The notes under the pieces were generated by a model that saw nothing but the letters and a program-made list of their open reading frames with translations, did no database searches and was not told the origin of the DNA. From the NCBI GenBank assembly GCA_964016885.1, contig OZ024740.1:36890001-36954000 (forward strand): DNA of 64,000 nucleotides, read 5' to 3'. The DNA comes from Eledone cirrhosa. Taxonomy: Eukaryota. This document shows, piece after piece, positions 61,430 to 64,000 of the stretch; position 1 is the first letter of the stretch, and each line of letters begins with the position of its first letter. The translations under genes were made by a program, and so were the position numbers.

Positions 61430-64000
61430 CCTTGAATCTCAGTCATTGATGTTGGTTAACTGGAAAGTCCGTTGGATTGAATATCAAGCCACTACCTGCA
61501 GCCTCAGATATTCAGGACGTATCGGAGGGTTCTTGCTGTTCCCAGCAAGCATGCCTTTTGAAGCGTTCCAAAAAGCGTGAAGGGGCCGATTTTCTTTAAC
61601 CATCCCTGGAAACCTTTGGAGATAGTCCCCAGTGCGCCTATGACAATCGGGATCACTTTGACTTCATGGCAGTTCCAGATCCTTTTCACCTCCCACTTTA
61701 GGTCCTGGTATCGGTTAATTTTCTCCCTCTCCTTCTCTTGCACTCTCGTGTCGAACGGGCAGGCCACATCCACAATCAGGCACGATCTTTTTTCTTTGTC
61801 CACAACCACCAGGTCAGGTCTATTGTGTTCCAGTTTTTTGTCCGTCTGTATCCTAAAATCCCACAGCACCTTCACCTGACTGTTCTCCATCACCGCCTCT
61901 GGCCTATGCTCATACCATTTCTCAGAATGTGGTAGATTGTTTACTTTGCACAGGTGCCAGTGGATCACCCTGCCCATCACATCGTGTCTCCAGCCCTTAT
62001 AGTGGGTCTGGGCTAGGTGTTTACACTCGGACACAATGTGAGCCACAGTCTCCTCTCTCTCTCCACAGATCCTGCACAGTGGGCTAGCCTCCTCCTTGTA
62101 GATATGGTGCTTCAACCACTTCGTTTTGAGGGCCTGCTCCTGCGCAGCCATTAGCATTCCTTCTGTAGCCTTTTTGAGGTCTCCTCTTCTCAACCAGTTC
62201 CATGTCTGTGGATCTCTAAATTCAGTTTTCTCAAAGAAGGTACTATGAAGGGATTTTCCCTTAAGGCTGCTCTTCCTCCTTGATGTTATTTCCTCCTTGG
62301 ACATCCCCTGGCCTACTGTCCCCTCCTTCAGTACAGTTCTGAGCATTGGCTCCTTACTATAGGTCACGTATTTGTATAGGTTGTTTTTCTCCATCTGAAC
62401 ACAGTCCTCTATGCTGATAAGACCTCTTCCACCCTCAGATCTCCTTAGGTAGAGTCTATCGACATCACTCCTCTTGTGGAACATGTTGTAGATAGTCAAT
62501 AGCTTCCTAGTCTTCCTATCCATTTCTTTTTGTTCAGCAACATTCCATCTCAGAATTCCCGCACTGTACCTAATAATAGACACAGCTCGGGAATTTACTG
62601 CGCTTATGGCATTTCTGCTGTTCAGATGTGACTTCAATACGCTCCTTACTCTTCGAATGTATTCAGTTCTTAACAATTCCTTCATTTTTTTGTTCTTTAT
62701 GCCATCAGCCTCCAGAACGCCCAAATACTTGTATCCTTCCTCAGAGTCAATTTCCTTTATCATCTCACCTGTTGGTATCTGGATCCCGTTACTTCTGCTC
62801 AACCTACCCCCTCTTCATCACAATGACTCCACATTTACCAATACCAAACTGCATACATATATCACTGCTGAAAATACGGACAGTGTCAACAAGCACATCC
62901 AACTCCTTCTCACTTTTCCCGAAGAGCTTAAGATCATCCATGAAGAGGAGGTGATTGATGGTAAGCTCTCCCCTTCCCAACTTGTATCCTGCTCTCACTT
63001 TTCGCAGCATAATGGTCAAGGGCATCAGGGCAAGGACAAACAACAGAGGGGACAGGCTATCTCCCTGGAAGATACCTCTCTTGATCTTCACGCTTCCCAA
63101 GGATACTCCAGTTGATGTCAACTCTGTCTCCCAGGACCCCATACTCCTGCCCAGCAACTGTCTGATGTTATCTGCCACCCTGAAGACCTCCAGGCTTTTG
63201 GTGATCCAGGAATGAGGCACCATGTCAAATGCCTTTCTGTAGTCTATCCATCCCATGGCAAGATCAGTGTGTCTCCTCCTGCAATTCCCCATTACCATCT
63301 TATCAATAAGCAACTGGTCCTTTGTAGCACGTGACTTCTTTCGACATCCTTTCTGTTCGTCCGGTAACAAGTTGTTTGTGTGGAGGTGATGGTAGATTTC
63401 CTCAGACACAATGCTCGTCAACAGTTTCCACATTACGGGCAGACATGTGATAGGTCTATAGTTGGTAACATCATTACCCTTGATTCGGTCTTTCATTATC
63501 AGAACTGTGGTACCTTTTGTCAACCACTCTGGCACCTCACCCGACACCAAGCAGTCATTGAACATGGCCGTCAGCTTCGGGTGGAGGGATGTTAAATGTT
63601 TAATCCAATACCCCTGCACACCATCTGGGCCTGGTGATTTCCAGTTGGTTAGTTTTTTGGCTTGCCCCTTAAGAGTTTCAACTGTGATACTCAAATCAGT
63701 CTGTTGTTGTGCCTTCTCACCGATCTCCCTCTGTACTGTCTCAATCCACCCTGCCTGGGCATTGTGTCTAACATCCTGCTCCCATATTCCTCTCCAGAAT
63801 GTTTTAGCTTGTTCCGCCCCAGGGATCAAGTCGTTGCCTCTTTCTTTCCCCTCAAGCTGTCCAAACAGCATCTTCTGGTTGTTGTCGAACATGCGGTTCT
63901 GTTTATACTGACTGACTCTGTTCTCGTATCGCCTGATTTTGGCACTCTTTGCTACAATGCGTTGCTTCAATTCCTCTATGATAATATTTAGCTTTTTACT
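61430..64000 (-). mobile_element. R4/Dong family A copy running off the window end (1-bp frameshift ~62805)
   Basis: ORFs 62804..63970 and 61504..62802 are near-identical to the 23.3-25.9 kb copy. Confidence 0.93.

Overview
This is an AT-rich, microsatellite-dense animal genomic region, most likely octopod/cephalopod intronic or intergenic DNA (inferred from the SINE family). It is made almost entirely of transposable elements, and I found no host-gene exon. (1) Three near-full-length and several truncated Tx1-type LINEs (CCHC ORF1 plus APE-RT ORF2) interleave with seven R4/Dong-type RT-REL retrotransposons. Many junctions are (TTA)n tracts, and in those tracts Tx1 is always on + and R4/Dong always on -. 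(2) Four Penelope-like elements (RT and/or GIY-YIG) sit in (TA)n tracts, two with inverted pseudo-LTR duplications. (3) I folded by hand about 19 type I hammerhead ribozyme motifs from about 10 sequence families. They include two non-coding tandem arrays (310-bp and ~499-bp units) that look like non-LTR retrozymes, several hammerheads with 30-70 nt inserts in stem II, and a natural U3-A8 compensatory core variant. (4) tRNA-derived SINEs, non-autonomous Helitrons, and RTE and CRE fragments are also present. Element boundaries are read by eye and may be off by some bases, and family names rest on motif recognition rather than database searches.
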